Virus record (IMG/VR): IMGVR_UViG_3300030106_006238
Span: 5,736 to 69,735 of that record
DNA: 64,000 bases
DNA from: a virus
Strand: one strand, 5' to 3'
The position numbers and the translations under genes were made by a program. The notes below the pieces were generated by a model, which had not been told where the DNA came from, did not search any database, and saw only the letters and a list, made by a program, of their open reading frames with translations. Position 1 is the stretch's first letter; every line of letters begins with the position of its first letter. This document shows positions 30,342-39,125 of the stretch, in pieces.

Positions 30342-31301
30342 CTATCGATACCTCGCATGAATAATGAGCTCACGATCATACATAACAACTGGCTTTTTTA
30401 GGTTTAGTGTGAAGATGCCTGGTTCATCGTTAGAAACAAACGCTTTTCTAACCTCAACAACAACCTCATGAAGTCCTGCATCAACAGGGATAGCGCCCAC
30501 TAAATACACGTTTTCTTTTTGGCGGTGGTCACTAAACCATCCACTTTCACAAACAGTAGTTCCGTCTACAACTACACGAAAAGCACACGCCCCATATAGA
30601 GCGCTTGGGCCAATCACAAAAGCTTCTCGTGTTTTTACAGTGTCACTTCTTAGGCGATCAGTATCCTGATAAACCGAGCTTTCATGAATCGCTGTTCCAT
30701 CATAGGTAGCATTGATAGAACCATGAGACCCTGTGGCTTTAAAAAACCCGTAACCATTTTTAAGATGAGTGTTTCCGTTTCCCTGGTAATCGATGGCTTC
30801 ACACAGATAAAACAATTCGTTATCTGGATGTTCAGGCGTAGCAACACCCGTAGGCTCACTGTTCGTATCAAACGGAACCCAGTTGTGTTCTGTTCCTTTC
30901 AGTCTGTCTACAGGGTTCCATTCAAAATGACAGCTAAACTCAATAGATAAAAGAGCTTCTGATTCAAGGTCTATAGTGGTTCTGGCATATTCTTGGTTTG
31001 TCTGAGTTGCGTTTTCAAATCCCAGACTATGCCAGCCAGATGAGTCGTTATCAAAAGTAGTAAACTGACTACAGTATTCACTATTAAACTGGTTTTTAAA
31101 AAACTGATTGAAAGCATTGTGAGCAACAAGAGGAGCGTTGTCCTCAAGGCTTCTTTCAACAGAAAAAGCCTCTTCCCTAAAGTTGTCCCGATCCAAATAG
31201 CCATTGAACTCAGAAGCCACCTCTTGATTGTTTAATTCCCAATCTCTTGGATAAACGGTGTCTCCAGAGGCTGGCTTGAACTGTTTATATCGCCACGCCA
31301 T
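30342..31301 (-). CDS. tail-associated protein (paralogue trio member)
   Basis: SGDTV..EFNGYLDRDNF N-terminus; AFRVVVDG..AGLHEVVVEVR..RELIIHARYR. Confidence 0.7.
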   Translation of the reverse strand: MAWRYKQFKPASGDTVYPRDWELNNQEVASEFNGYLDRDNFREEAFSVERSLEDNAPLVAHNAFNQFFKNQFNSEYCSQFTTFDNDSSGWHSLGFENATQTNQEYARTTIDLESEALLSIEFSCHFEWNPVDRLKGTEHNWVPFDTNSEPTGVATPEHPDNELFYLCEAIDYQGNGNTHLKNGYGFFKATGSHGSINATYDGTAIHESSVYQDTDRLRSDTVKTREAFVIGPSALYGACAFRVVVDGTTVCESGWFSDHRQKENVYLVGAIPVDAGLHEVVVEVRKAFVSNDEPGIFTLNLKKPVVMYDRELIIHARYR

Positions 31302-31303
31302 GT

Positions 31304-33775
31304 TTATCTCCTAGATGGTGCAAGGGCTTCGTTGAGAGGCTTAATGTTTCTTTGCTCACCCATCTTTGCTTCGATGTCATAACCAACGATTTCAATTCTA
31401 CGCGATTCGCTTGTAATCTCAATTTGTAATTCTCGAGCTGGACCTTTTTCTGCAGCACTTACATCGAAACGAACAACAGTTGGCCGGACTTTACCCCAAA
31501 CACCAGTTCCCCAAAGAGCATCGTTATACACAGACATTCTGTCATTAGGGTCTTGCTGGTCTGCGCCTTGAACAGAAGACCTTACCGTAGATAAAGACCT
31601 GTTTACGTTGTAGTTCAACTGCATGTTGTTGTTTCCGTTTGAAATCGCGTAAACAAAAACATGAGCCGGTTGAATCGAGTGATAGACGCTTCCAAAGTCT
31701 AAAGACACAGTTTTAAAAGAAGGAGTAATCGAAGCGCTTCCTTTGGAAGAAAACCCACGAGAATAAGCATACAACCCAGGATAATCAGGATCGTTGCTTC
31801 CAAAATATACATAGCCGCGATGATCTCTGGTTTCGATCATGCACTGAATGGGAAAGTTCTCCCTTTTACTCCAAGAGCCAGATGCATAATGATAAACAAG
31901 AACAGTATCGTTTTCTTCACTGTCTCCATATGGCACAGCCAGCCAAAACTCTTTGTCTCTGTGGTAGATAGTTGCGCAGGCTCCAACCGCAGAAGACAGG
32001 TTGATTTGTTCAATCTCGTTTGGAATCGGGGTTGAAAGTTGAACAAGCCTGGTAGGCGTTCCTGTGTTTTCAAGAGCGCCTTCAAGAATCCAAACCCCGT
32101 CTGTTCCAAGAAACGCCAATCCTAAACTTGGAATTTCTGCCAAACTTTTTGGGGCCATACACCCAACATCTCGACTGAGCGTTTCAGCATAAAACCCATC
32201 AGAAGGATTTCCTTTTAGCAAATAAACGCCACGGCTCTTTAGTACAACAAGAGCGTTTTTGGTAGCATACAACCCTGTGATCTGACCCCCATCAGCATCA
32301 CCAATGTTGATTACGTTAGCAGGCGGAAAAACCTCTGGATACAAAGGCGCACTGTATCGAAGAGTGTTGTCATTCTCTCCCGCAACAAACATTGTGTTTT
32401 TGAAAACAGCCAAGTATTTTGAGCCTCTTGGAAACTCTCCAAAAGAATCTTCTACTAACAAAGAGCCAAGAAAAGCATCTGGTCTTCCGTCTTCAAATCT
32501 TGAAGTAGCGTTGTCTTGGATTTCAGTAAGAAAGAAATAATCTTCACCGTATCCAAGGTTGTGAAGGTTTCCGCTTGAAGCAATCATGTTGCGCGTTCTG
32601 TAGACTCGACGAGCAACAACTTCTGGACCGCCAACAGGAACATCAAGAAGAATAAAGGTTCTTCCATCTTCATTGACTTGCGACCAACCGTCGTCACTTT
32701 TGGTTTCAACGTCATAGGCCATCCATCCATTTTCAAAAAATATGGTTTCAGATGGAGCCGAAGCAGGAGATTCTTGACCTCGCTCGTTTACAAAAGTAAC
32801 GACATACCGATATGCGTTTCGCCGCTTGTTGTCTTCTCTTTCAGTGTCTGTGTTTAGATTAGCTTCGACATAAGCGTTTTGTGAACCAACACCAAGAACT
32901 GGAAGTTCCTTGTATAGCTTCGCTTGATCACCCAAAGCACCGTTATGTGATGGAATTCTAAACATAGATGCGTGACATGCCATTTCAGATCCAACTTCAC
33001 TAAGAGGCGTTCCTTGTGGTGTGCCGGGTGGTGTTTGAAATCCGGCAATCTCTGCCTTCGAGCCATCAAAAACAATGGGAGCATCATACCCATTGACAAT
33101 GTAAATTCGATTTCCCCATGTTTGAGAATGACTTCCAGCAGACGGCCCATCGATAACAGTCCTGCCCGTCACTGCCAAAGGAACGTTCGAGGCGAGAGAG
33201 TTGTCGTAATAACGATCTCGATCAGACTTCTGTAGTTTGTATACCGGGCTCCAGGGATCCAAAGATGATGCTTCTGAAACTCTTGAACCATTGAAATAGT
33301 ACAAGCCACCCAGCTCGTCTTCCCAAAGAGTCCATTGTCGAGCCCCGTTGTGCTGAGCAAACCAATGAAGACTAATGATGTCTTTAGTGCCGCTCGCCCA
33401 AGGGTTTACCCTGGTAAAAGAAGACCAACCAGATGATGCCGCTGTCCAGGCTTTAGCTGCTCCATATGAGCTTGCCTGTGGATACGATGTTCCAAACCCG
33501 GCTTCTACATCTTTGTTTACTCGTTTTTGAGAATCATCGGTTCTGTCTACATACCTTCCGTAGTCATTATCATCAGGAACCGAGCGAGTTTTTTCTGAAT
33601 CTGGTGGCTCTTTGTATTCAACATGGTTTACCGACAAACCCCAACCACCAGAGTCCTTCCATGAATCCTTGGGACTCCATGTCATGTCAGTAATTGTTTC
33701 AGCCTGTGTAGCATTGGCTTGCCAACGCTGATCCATTCCGCGAAGACTTTTTACTGAGAATGTTTGAGTCTTCAC
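31304..33775 (-). CDS. tail nozzle/stabilisation protein (P22 gp10 / T7 gp12-like beta-propeller)
   Basis: 823 aa after the adaptor; RIYIVNG.D.P..FDG, LRYS.P..PE.F, DVGCMA..S, FLG.DGVW and LVY.Y..GSWS blade-like motifs. Confidence 0.75.
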   Translation of the reverse strand: MKTQTFSVKSLRGMDQRWQANATQAETITDMTWSPKDSWKDSGGWGLSVNHVEYKEPPDSEKTRSVPDDNDYGRYVDRTDDSQKRVNKDVEAGFGTSYPQASSYGAAKAWTAASSGWSSFTRVNPWASGTKDIISLHWFAQHNGARQWTLWEDELGGLYYFNGSRVSEASSLDPWSPVYKLQKSDRDRYYDNSLASNVPLAVTGRTVIDGPSAGSHSQTWGNRIYIVNGYDAPIVFDGSKAEIAGFQTPPGTPQGTPLSEVGSEMACHASMFRIPSHNGALGDQAKLYKELPVLGVGSQNAYVEANLNTDTEREDNKRRNAYRYVVTFVNERGQESPASAPSETIFFENGWMAYDVETKSDDGWSQVNEDGRTFILLDVPVGGPEVVARRVYRTRNMIASSGNLHNLGYGEDYFFLTEIQDNATSRFEDGRPDAFLGSLLVEDSFGEFPRGSKYLAVFKNTMFVAGENDNTLRYSAPLYPEVFPPANVINIGDADGGQITGLYATKNALVVLKSRGVYLLKGNPSDGFYAETLSRDVGCMAPKSLAEIPSLGLAFLGTDGVWILEGALENTGTPTRLVQLSTPIPNEIEQINLSSAVGACATIYHRDKEFWLAVPYGDSEENDTVLVYHYASGSWSKRENFPIQCMIETRDHRGYVYFGSNDPDYPGLYAYSRGFSSKGSASITPSFKTVSLDFGSVYHSIQPAHVFVYAISNGNNNMQLNYNVNRSLSTVRSSVQGADQQDPNDRMSVYNDALWGTGVWGKVRPTVVRFDVSAAEKGPARELQIEITSESRRIEIVGYDIEAKMGEQRNIKPLNEALAPSRR

Positions 33776-33777
33776 GA

Positions 33778-35118
33778 CTACCCCGTTTTAGATGGTATTC
33801 CCCACCGTTCGCGTTCATACAGTTGTTTATCAAATCCTCTTCGAACCAAGATTCTTTCGTTTCTGGCCAAATATTTAGCCTTCATTTGGTTCAATAGAAT
33901 ATTTGCTCTGCCTTCAAAGATTCCAGCTTGCTGAGCCATTCCGTTCATAAGACAGATGTCTTGAAGCGATCTGTATACAAGCAAGGAGTGATAGGCGGCA
34001 GGCCATTCTGGAACATCTTGATCAGCGTGCAAGCGTCTCATTCCAATAAGATATCGAACCTCAACATCCATATCAGAGCCTGGTGTATACCAAAACCTCA
34101 TGTATGGACGAGGCTGTTGAAAATCTAAAATCAGATAATCGCCGTAGTTGTATGCTGTAGATGTTCCGTTTTCTGAACTAAAAGCCGTAAAGAGCTCATC
34201 ATCAACATACGTTTGATCTGTAGAAGGCATTTCTGCAATTCTAAACCAAGCTCCGTTGTTGGTTTTATCTCTTCGATAGATATTGCTTGTGACTCCAGAA
34301 TCCTGCCATGACGCAGCGGCTACAGTGTTTCTAAACTGAACATTGTCAAGACCACTGATAGTAATCTGAGGCTCTCCTGAAGACGCAGTGGTCACAGAAG
34401 AAACCAAAGAAGGAGGAGTCTCTCGCCCTTCCCGAGTATGCGTATAGCAGTACTGGTATTCAGTACTATTCAAAAGAGGATTAGTAGCAGCAGCGCCTTG
34501 AGTTGTAGCAGACAAAGTTAGAGCAATCTCAGGAGGACGGTCAATAATGAACTCATCTTCAATATAGATCGTGGCATCCCCTGTGATGTCTTTGTCTAAG
34601 AAATGCTCTTCTTCTTTTCTCCTGTCGATGTACATAAGACGACCACGATCATCGTGTCTTGACATGACGCCAAGAACCTCTGTAGCCAAATCTGGAAGAG
34701 GATAGCGTCTAAACTCAACGCTCCAGGTGGTGCTTGCATTAAACCTGGCTGTGGGCGTAGTAGACAAAATTACTTGAGTGCCGCTGATATACTGTTGAAT
34801 TGTATATTCTGAGGCACCATCAACAAGCGTTTGTCCTTCCATCTCTTCAGTAAAAGCCGACGTAGAACAAGTTACAAGCCGCCAGTTCTGGCCAGCGTCT
34901 GTTAGCGCTGGAGTTGTGATCGTTGAGGTGGAAGAACCACTAACAGTTCCCTTTAGACTAAGAGTCGTCACCTTCTGCAAGAAAAGCCAAGGAAACTGTG
35001 TACTGATGTGTTGGTAATGGCGGTTTACAACACGAGAAACTTGGTCACGATACGCAGCCAAATCAGGGTTGTAATCAAGAGCTGAAAAGATCTCTTGTCT
35101 TATTTCTTTGAAGTTCAT
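33778..35118 (-). CDS. head-tail adaptor (tail tubular protein A-like) with inserted domain
   Basis: MNFKEIRQEI..VNRHY..FPWLFLQK N-terminus and DQDVPEWPAAYHSLLVY C-terminus; YQYCYT..GRET.PS insert. Confidence 0.7.
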   Translation of the reverse strand: MNFKEIRQEIFSALDYNPDLAAYRDQVSRVVNRHYQHISTQFPWLFLQKVTTLSLKGTVSGSSTSTITTPALTDAGQNWRLVTCSTSAFTEEMEGQTLVDGASEYTIQQYISGTQVILSTTPTARFNASTTWSVEFRRYPLPDLATEVLGVMSRHDDRGRLMYIDRRKEEEHFLDKDITGDATIYIEDEFIIDRPPEIALTLSATTQGAAATNPLLNSTEYQYCYTHTREGRETPPSLVSSVTTASSGEPQITISGLDNVQFRNTVAAASWQDSGVTSNIYRRDKTNNGAWFRIAEMPSTDQTYVDDELFTAFSSENGTSTAYNYGDYLILDFQQPRPYMRFWYTPGSDMDVEVRYLIGMRRLHADQDVPEWPAAYHSLLVYRSLQDICLMNGMAQQAGIFEGRANILLNQMKAKYLARNERILVRRGFDKQLYERERWGIPSKTG

Positions 35119-35129
35119 AGGCAGCTCCT

Positions 35130-35173
35130 AAAAAAGAACCGGCGACCAAGGTGAGTCTACCCCAGTCGCCGGT
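35130..35173 (-). terminator. intrinsic terminator after the capsid genes
   Basis: ACCGGCGAC/GTCGCCGGT stem followed by a U-tract on the minus strand. Confidence 0.7.
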
Positions 35174-35210
35174 CATGGGGTAAGGGAAACCCCGTGTGGG
35201 AGGCTATTGC

Positions 35211-35657
35211 CTAGAAGTAGCCCTGGTTGATGATCATGACATCCGCCAAGTTGGCGGTATCGTCCTCAAGAGCGATTCCGCAAATGGGGGCAAGGTCACT
35301 AGCAACATAGATCTGTCCGCGACCAGCAGCACCAGTTCCTGCGTTGGAAACCACAATGCTTGACCCAGCGGCCATGGTGGCATCAACGGCAGCATTTTCA
35401 TACTTGCCAGCAATCTGGACCACAACAGGTCCAGCCGCCGTAGTCGTTGTCGCAGCAACGCCAAGAACAAGCTGCTCGCCGTTTGCGGTGTTGGCTGCCG
35501 TCACAACAGAACCACCGAGACCATTGGTCGTATCAGTGATGTCAAACATCACCCAGTTGCCTGCAGTGATTGCTGCCGTGCCATGCAAGGTCACAAACTT
35601 TTTAGGGAAATGAGGGTTTTGACCACCAGGGCCACCATCAATCTTATGTACTGCCAT
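35211..35657 (-). CDS. capsid decoration/cement protein
   Basis: 148 aa, Ala/Thr/Gly-rich, AITAG.WV..LGVA..V.VQI.G..GIALE pattern, directly after the MCP; GGAGG RBS. Confidence 0.75.
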   Translation of the reverse strand: MAVHKIDGGPGGQNPHFPKKFVTLHGTAAITAGNWVMFDITDTTNGLGGSVVTAANTANGEQLVLGVAATTTTAAGPVVVQIAGKYENAAVDATMAAGSSIVVSNAGTGAAGRGQIYVASDLAPICGIALEDDTANLADVMIINQGYF

Positions 35658-35700
35658 TTTTCAATCCTCCACTCTTTCGATTGGTTTGACTGTTGATAAA

Positions 35701-35730
35701 TGGCGGGGGCCACCATGACCCCCGCCAAAA
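35701..35730 (-). terminator. hairpin between MCP and decoration gene (attenuating or stabilising)
   Basis: TGGCGGGGG / CCCCCGCCA stem. Confidence 0.5.
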
Positions 35731-35739
35731 GATTAGAAC

Positions 35740-36798
35740 CTAGAAGGTTTCCATGTCGAATGCGACACCGCTCGAGCCAAGGTGCTTGGCAATGAGCTGT
35801 CCACGGCAACGGAGTTTCGCGGCACGAACGTCGTACTCACCAGACACCGTCTCGAAGTCCGAGAGGTCAAAGTATCCCTCTGGATCCCACAGACAGTGAA
35901 TGTCATTCATGTTCAAGAAGTAGAAGCTGGCTGGATCTGCGGTCGTACCAGGAGTACCACCAGCAGTTGGCATGTTGTACTCGACATCAATCTGGATGCC
36001 GTCCCACAACTGAACCATACGGCCACCGTCAATCGCGCTTTGATCAACGTAGCGCTCCTGTGCCGAGAGAGCTCGCTTGAGGTTCTTGAATCCAGCACGG
36101 GAAGCAAGAATCACATTGGGCGGGCCAGACGGGCTCACAGAGTTGATTTCAACGAGAAGGTCATAAAGACCAGCCAATCCGTTCGCATTGAACGAGGCGG
36201 CTCCATCGAAAGATTGGTTCTGCCAACCAGTCTTGTCCTGATGGTTTGTCTTGTTGACGCCACCAACAGCGTTGGTTTGCTGACCTGCACCCAATTCCTC
36301 AAGGAAACCGTTTGCAACACCAAAGTTGTTATCGATACCGTTGAGAGTGTTCCAGTCTTCCCAGCCGGTAACGCTTCCCTGCACGATTTGTTTTACAAAA
36401 TCACGCTTGAGAGCGTTTGCAGTCATCTTGACGCGAGACTCAAGAATAGAAAGAACCGCAGATTCGCCCTGGTTAATAAACTCTTCTTCTGCCGAAATGG
36501 CCACTGGGCGCACAACGTGACCCCAAGTGTACACTGCAGGCACGAAGACATCGCTCACAGACAGATCGATTCGTTCGAAACCAGTCTGAATACGAGTGGT
36601 GCTGGAATGCTCACCAAATCCGAGGGGAACCACAATCTGAGTTCCACCTGCTTGAACAGGGTTGCCTGCTCCATGCACGCGCTCAGCAGCGTCAAGAAAC
36701 GCAACAGACTCATGTACGTTGTCACGAAACTCCTTCATAAGGACGTGCATTGTCGTAGAGAGTAGTTCATTACCGAGGGTAAGTTGGGTAGTTGCCAT
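35740..36798 (-). CDS. major capsid protein (HK97 fold)
   Basis: 352 aa after the scaffold; LLSTT..DNV..GGTQIVVPL..S.EE..N.GES.VLSILE..YFLN; strong codon bias. Confidence 0.85.
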   Translation of the reverse strand: MATTQLTLGNELLSTTMHVLMKEFRDNVHESVAFLDAAERVHGAGNPVQAGGTQIVVPLGFGEHSSTTRIQTGFERIDLSVSDVFVPAVYTWGHVVRPVAISAEEEFINQGESAVLSILESRVKMTANALKRDFVKQIVQGSVTGWEDWNTLNGIDNNFGVANGFLEELGAGQQTNAVGGVNKTNHQDKTGWQNQSFDGAASFNANGLAGLYDLLVEINSVSPSGPPNVILASRAGFKNLKRALSAQERYVDQSAIDGGRMVQLWDGIQIDVEYNMPTAGGTPGTTADPASFYFLNMNDIHCLWDPEGYFDLSDFETVSGEYDVRAAKLRCRGQLIAKHLGSSGVAFDMETF

Positions 36799-36818
36799 TT
36801 TCGGGTCTCCGTAGGATT

Positions 36819-37832
36819 TTACCTAAGCTGGTTTGAGATTTTTTTAGCTGCTTCGGGGTGACTTTGAAGCCATTTAGCAATTGCTGCCGCTCCACCCTTT
36901 CTAACATCAGGTGGAATGGTAGTCGCGCTAGGGCTCCCGCTCGACGTTGCTGCACGAATCTGACGAGCAGACTGTGCTCGGGCTCGACTTTCTTGTTGAG
37001 CCCTTTGTTGTCTTTGCGCTAAAACCCTACGCGCTTTGACCAGTTGATAGGCATCCTGAGTCGTAATGGGATTTCCCGATCCCTTCCTCGTCGATACAAG
37101 ACGATGAACCTCACCTTTAAATGAAGCGTCTCGCATTTCAGGGTGCTTGTTAATAAACTCTAAATATTTGGACTGCCTGGCTTTATCAGCGGCAGCGTGC
37201 TGCATTGGCTCAAGAACCCGGCGCATGCCCATTGCAATGCCGCGCTCGATACGGGCTTGAATTCCTTCTTCCGTGTAGATGTCTGGAAGGTTTTCTTCAG
37301 GCATGTTCAGGATTTCTTGAACACGAGGATCCTCAGAAACTGCAGCAAACTCAGCCTGACGCCTTGCGAAGTCTCTTTCAAGCTTCTCAAGATGCGTCTT
37401 GCGATCAGTCATTTGGCTTTCAAGCTCACGCACTTGTTTGGCGTGATCGCGCTTCATTACTTCTCGGTCTACACGAAAGTTATGAAGAATCCGGCGAGCT
37501 GTTGAAGGAAGATCCTTGATGTGAGACTCGTCAATCTTGTCCCAAAAACCGTCATGCTTAAGTTCCTCAATGTCACCAAGCTCAGCTTCGAGCGCATTGA
37601 AAACACGCTGAGCGTCAGCAACATTAAGATCTTGTTTTTTTGCAATCTGGCTAAGGTCTGCTTTCGGTACTTCCGCTGGAGCCGTTGAAGCTGGAATATC
37701 TACAAGGTCAACAAGAGCATCAGTTCGAGCGTTCACGTCAAGTGATGGCTCGGGCGAAGATACAGGTACGGGTTCAGAAACCTGTACAGGTTCTTGAATC
37801 AATGGTGCTGTTTGTTCTGCTGGTGTACTCAC
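36819..37832 (-). CDS. capsid scaffolding protein
   Basis: Disordered N-terminus, coiled coils, F..KHPE..QDAYQLVK; immediately upstream of the MCP. Confidence 0.75.
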   Translation of the reverse strand: MSTPAEQTAPLIQEPVQVSEPVPVSSPEPSLDVNARTDALVDLVDIPASTAPAEVPKADLSQIAKKQDLNVADAQRVFNALEAELGDIEELKHDGFWDKIDESHIKDLPSTARRILHNFRVDREVMKRDHAKQVRELESQMTDRKTHLEKLERDFARRQAEFAAVSEDPRVQEILNMPEENLPDIYTEEGIQARIERGIAMGMRRVLEPMQHAAADKARQSKYLEFINKHPEMRDASFKGEVHRLVSTRKGSGNPITTQDAYQLVKARRVLAQRQQRAQQESRARAQSARQIRAATSSGSPSATTIPPDVRKGGAAAIAKWLQSHPEAAKKISNQLR

Positions 37833-37856
37833 AAATGTTTCCCTATTTGTAAAACA

Positions 37857-37886
37857 ATCCTATCACTGCGATTTCACGCTGGGCAA
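37857..37886 (-). promoter_or_regulatory. putative promoter for scaffold-capsid genes
   Basis: Minus strand TTGCCC-N18-TAGGAT with an extended TG. Confidence 0.4.
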
Positions 37887-37898
37887 GGTTTGTCAACA

Positions 37899-38528
37899 TT
37901 ATTCCATATTTTCCATAAGTTCTTGATCTTCATCTTCCATTGCATCTGGTGCTGGCGGAGGAGCTTCTTCTCCACCCTCTTCGCTTGGCAACTCACCGAT
38001 AGGCTGTTGCATTGCTTCCATAAGCTTTTTGTCTTTAGCCATTTTACCCAAAGACGCTGTAACTTTACGAATAGAGTTGTTGTCACTTAACTCGGTGGCT
38101 TCAAAACCGTACTTATCAAAAAACTCTCCGCCGCCAATCATTTTTAATGCTTCATTTAGAGCAACAAGCGGAACAAAGATTTCGGGAGGAAGCGGGGCGT
38201 TGATCTTGTTTTCACCTTCTGGAAGAGGAACCTCAACATCTGGAAGATCTGTTCCACCAAGAGAGTCTACAGTTTCGTTAAACTGATCCACAAGACCTTC
38301 AACAGCACGAACATCAAAAGGCTCGGTAGGCTGAGGAGCCATTTCAGCAATCGCTTGAGCGCGTGCCTGGGCTTCATCCTGCATTGATTGTTCAACGTCT
38401 TGAGGCGACGGGCCACCTTCCATTGGCGCACCCTCAGGTCCGCCTGGAGGCATTGGTGGGGCGTCGGGTGGAGCACCTGGTTCGCCAGCATAAGGAAGTT
38501 GTTCACCAGTTTGTGGATCAATGGGCAT
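37899..38528 (-). CDS. acidic Pro-rich hypothetical head-module protein
   Basis: AGGAG RBS; 209 aa between the FmdB-like gene and the scaffold. Confidence 0.7.
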   Translation of the reverse strand: MPIDPQTGEQLPYAGEPGAPPDAPPMPPGGPEGAPMEGGPSPQDVEQSMQDEAQARAQAIAEMAPQPTEPFDVRAVEGLVDQFNETVDSLGGTDLPDVEVPLPEGENKINAPLPPEIFVPLVALNEALKMIGGGEFFDKYGFEATELSDNNSIRKVTASLGKMAKDKKLMEAMQQPIGELPSEEGGEEAPPPAPDAMEDEDQELMENME

Positions 38529-38537
38529 GTGGAACTC

Positions 38538-39125
38538 CTAAATCAGTCCAAGGTCTTGTTGTTTTCTATAATCTTTATAAGCTGGATGATTATCGAGCAT
38601 ATCGCAGTATTCATCGTATTCAGCCGTTTCTTGTTCAACCTGACTATCCCACTTTGAATATTGTGATTCAAGGTCGTAGTCACCCTCAACAGGAGTCAAT
38701 CCTCTTGTTTTGCAGATATCTCTTCGATGCTGTTTGCTTTGAAGCATTACACCAAGCCCCCTGTCATAGTACGGAAACTGCTCGCTAAATCTATCGATTC
38801 TGCAAGAGGGCTGCCAAACAGCGTGCGCACCACATTCTACGCAGTCACGCCCATCTTGTGGTGGAGCATCCTCATCCCGGTCAACAACCTCTGCCCATTT
38901 CGTGTTGCATTCTCTGCAAACAAAAGAATGGGTGGTGAGTTTAATTGGTTTAATGTCCTCCCATTTCTTCAACTGTTTTGGCTTAGGCTTAAAAGACGGA
39001 GTAAACGCAAACTTCGCAAGAGCGCCGCATTCTTTACAATCAACAGTTTCTGTCTTTGAAGACATGTGACTAAAAACTTCGGTCACACAATCACACTCTG
39101 TGCATTGGTAATCATACAGCGGCAA
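38538..39125 (-). CDS. FmdB-family zinc-ribbon protein (two CxxC pairs)
   Basis: MPLYDYQCTECD..CKECG and CREC..CVECG. Confidence 0.8.
   Translation of the reverse strand: MPLYDYQCTECDCVTEVFSHMSSKTETVDCKECGALAKFAFTPSFKPKPKQLKKWEDIKPIKLTTHSFVCRECNTKWAEVVDRDEDAPPQDGRDCVECGAHAVWQPSCRIDRFSEQFPYYDRGLGVMLQSKQHRRDICKTRGLTPVEGDYDLESQYSKWDSQVEQETAEYDEYCDMLDNHPAYKDYRKQQDLGLI

Noticed and set aside
35782-36765. 327-aa + strand ORF antisense to the major capsid gene
   Set aside because: Shadow ORF produced by strong codon bias; no RBS and not protein-like.
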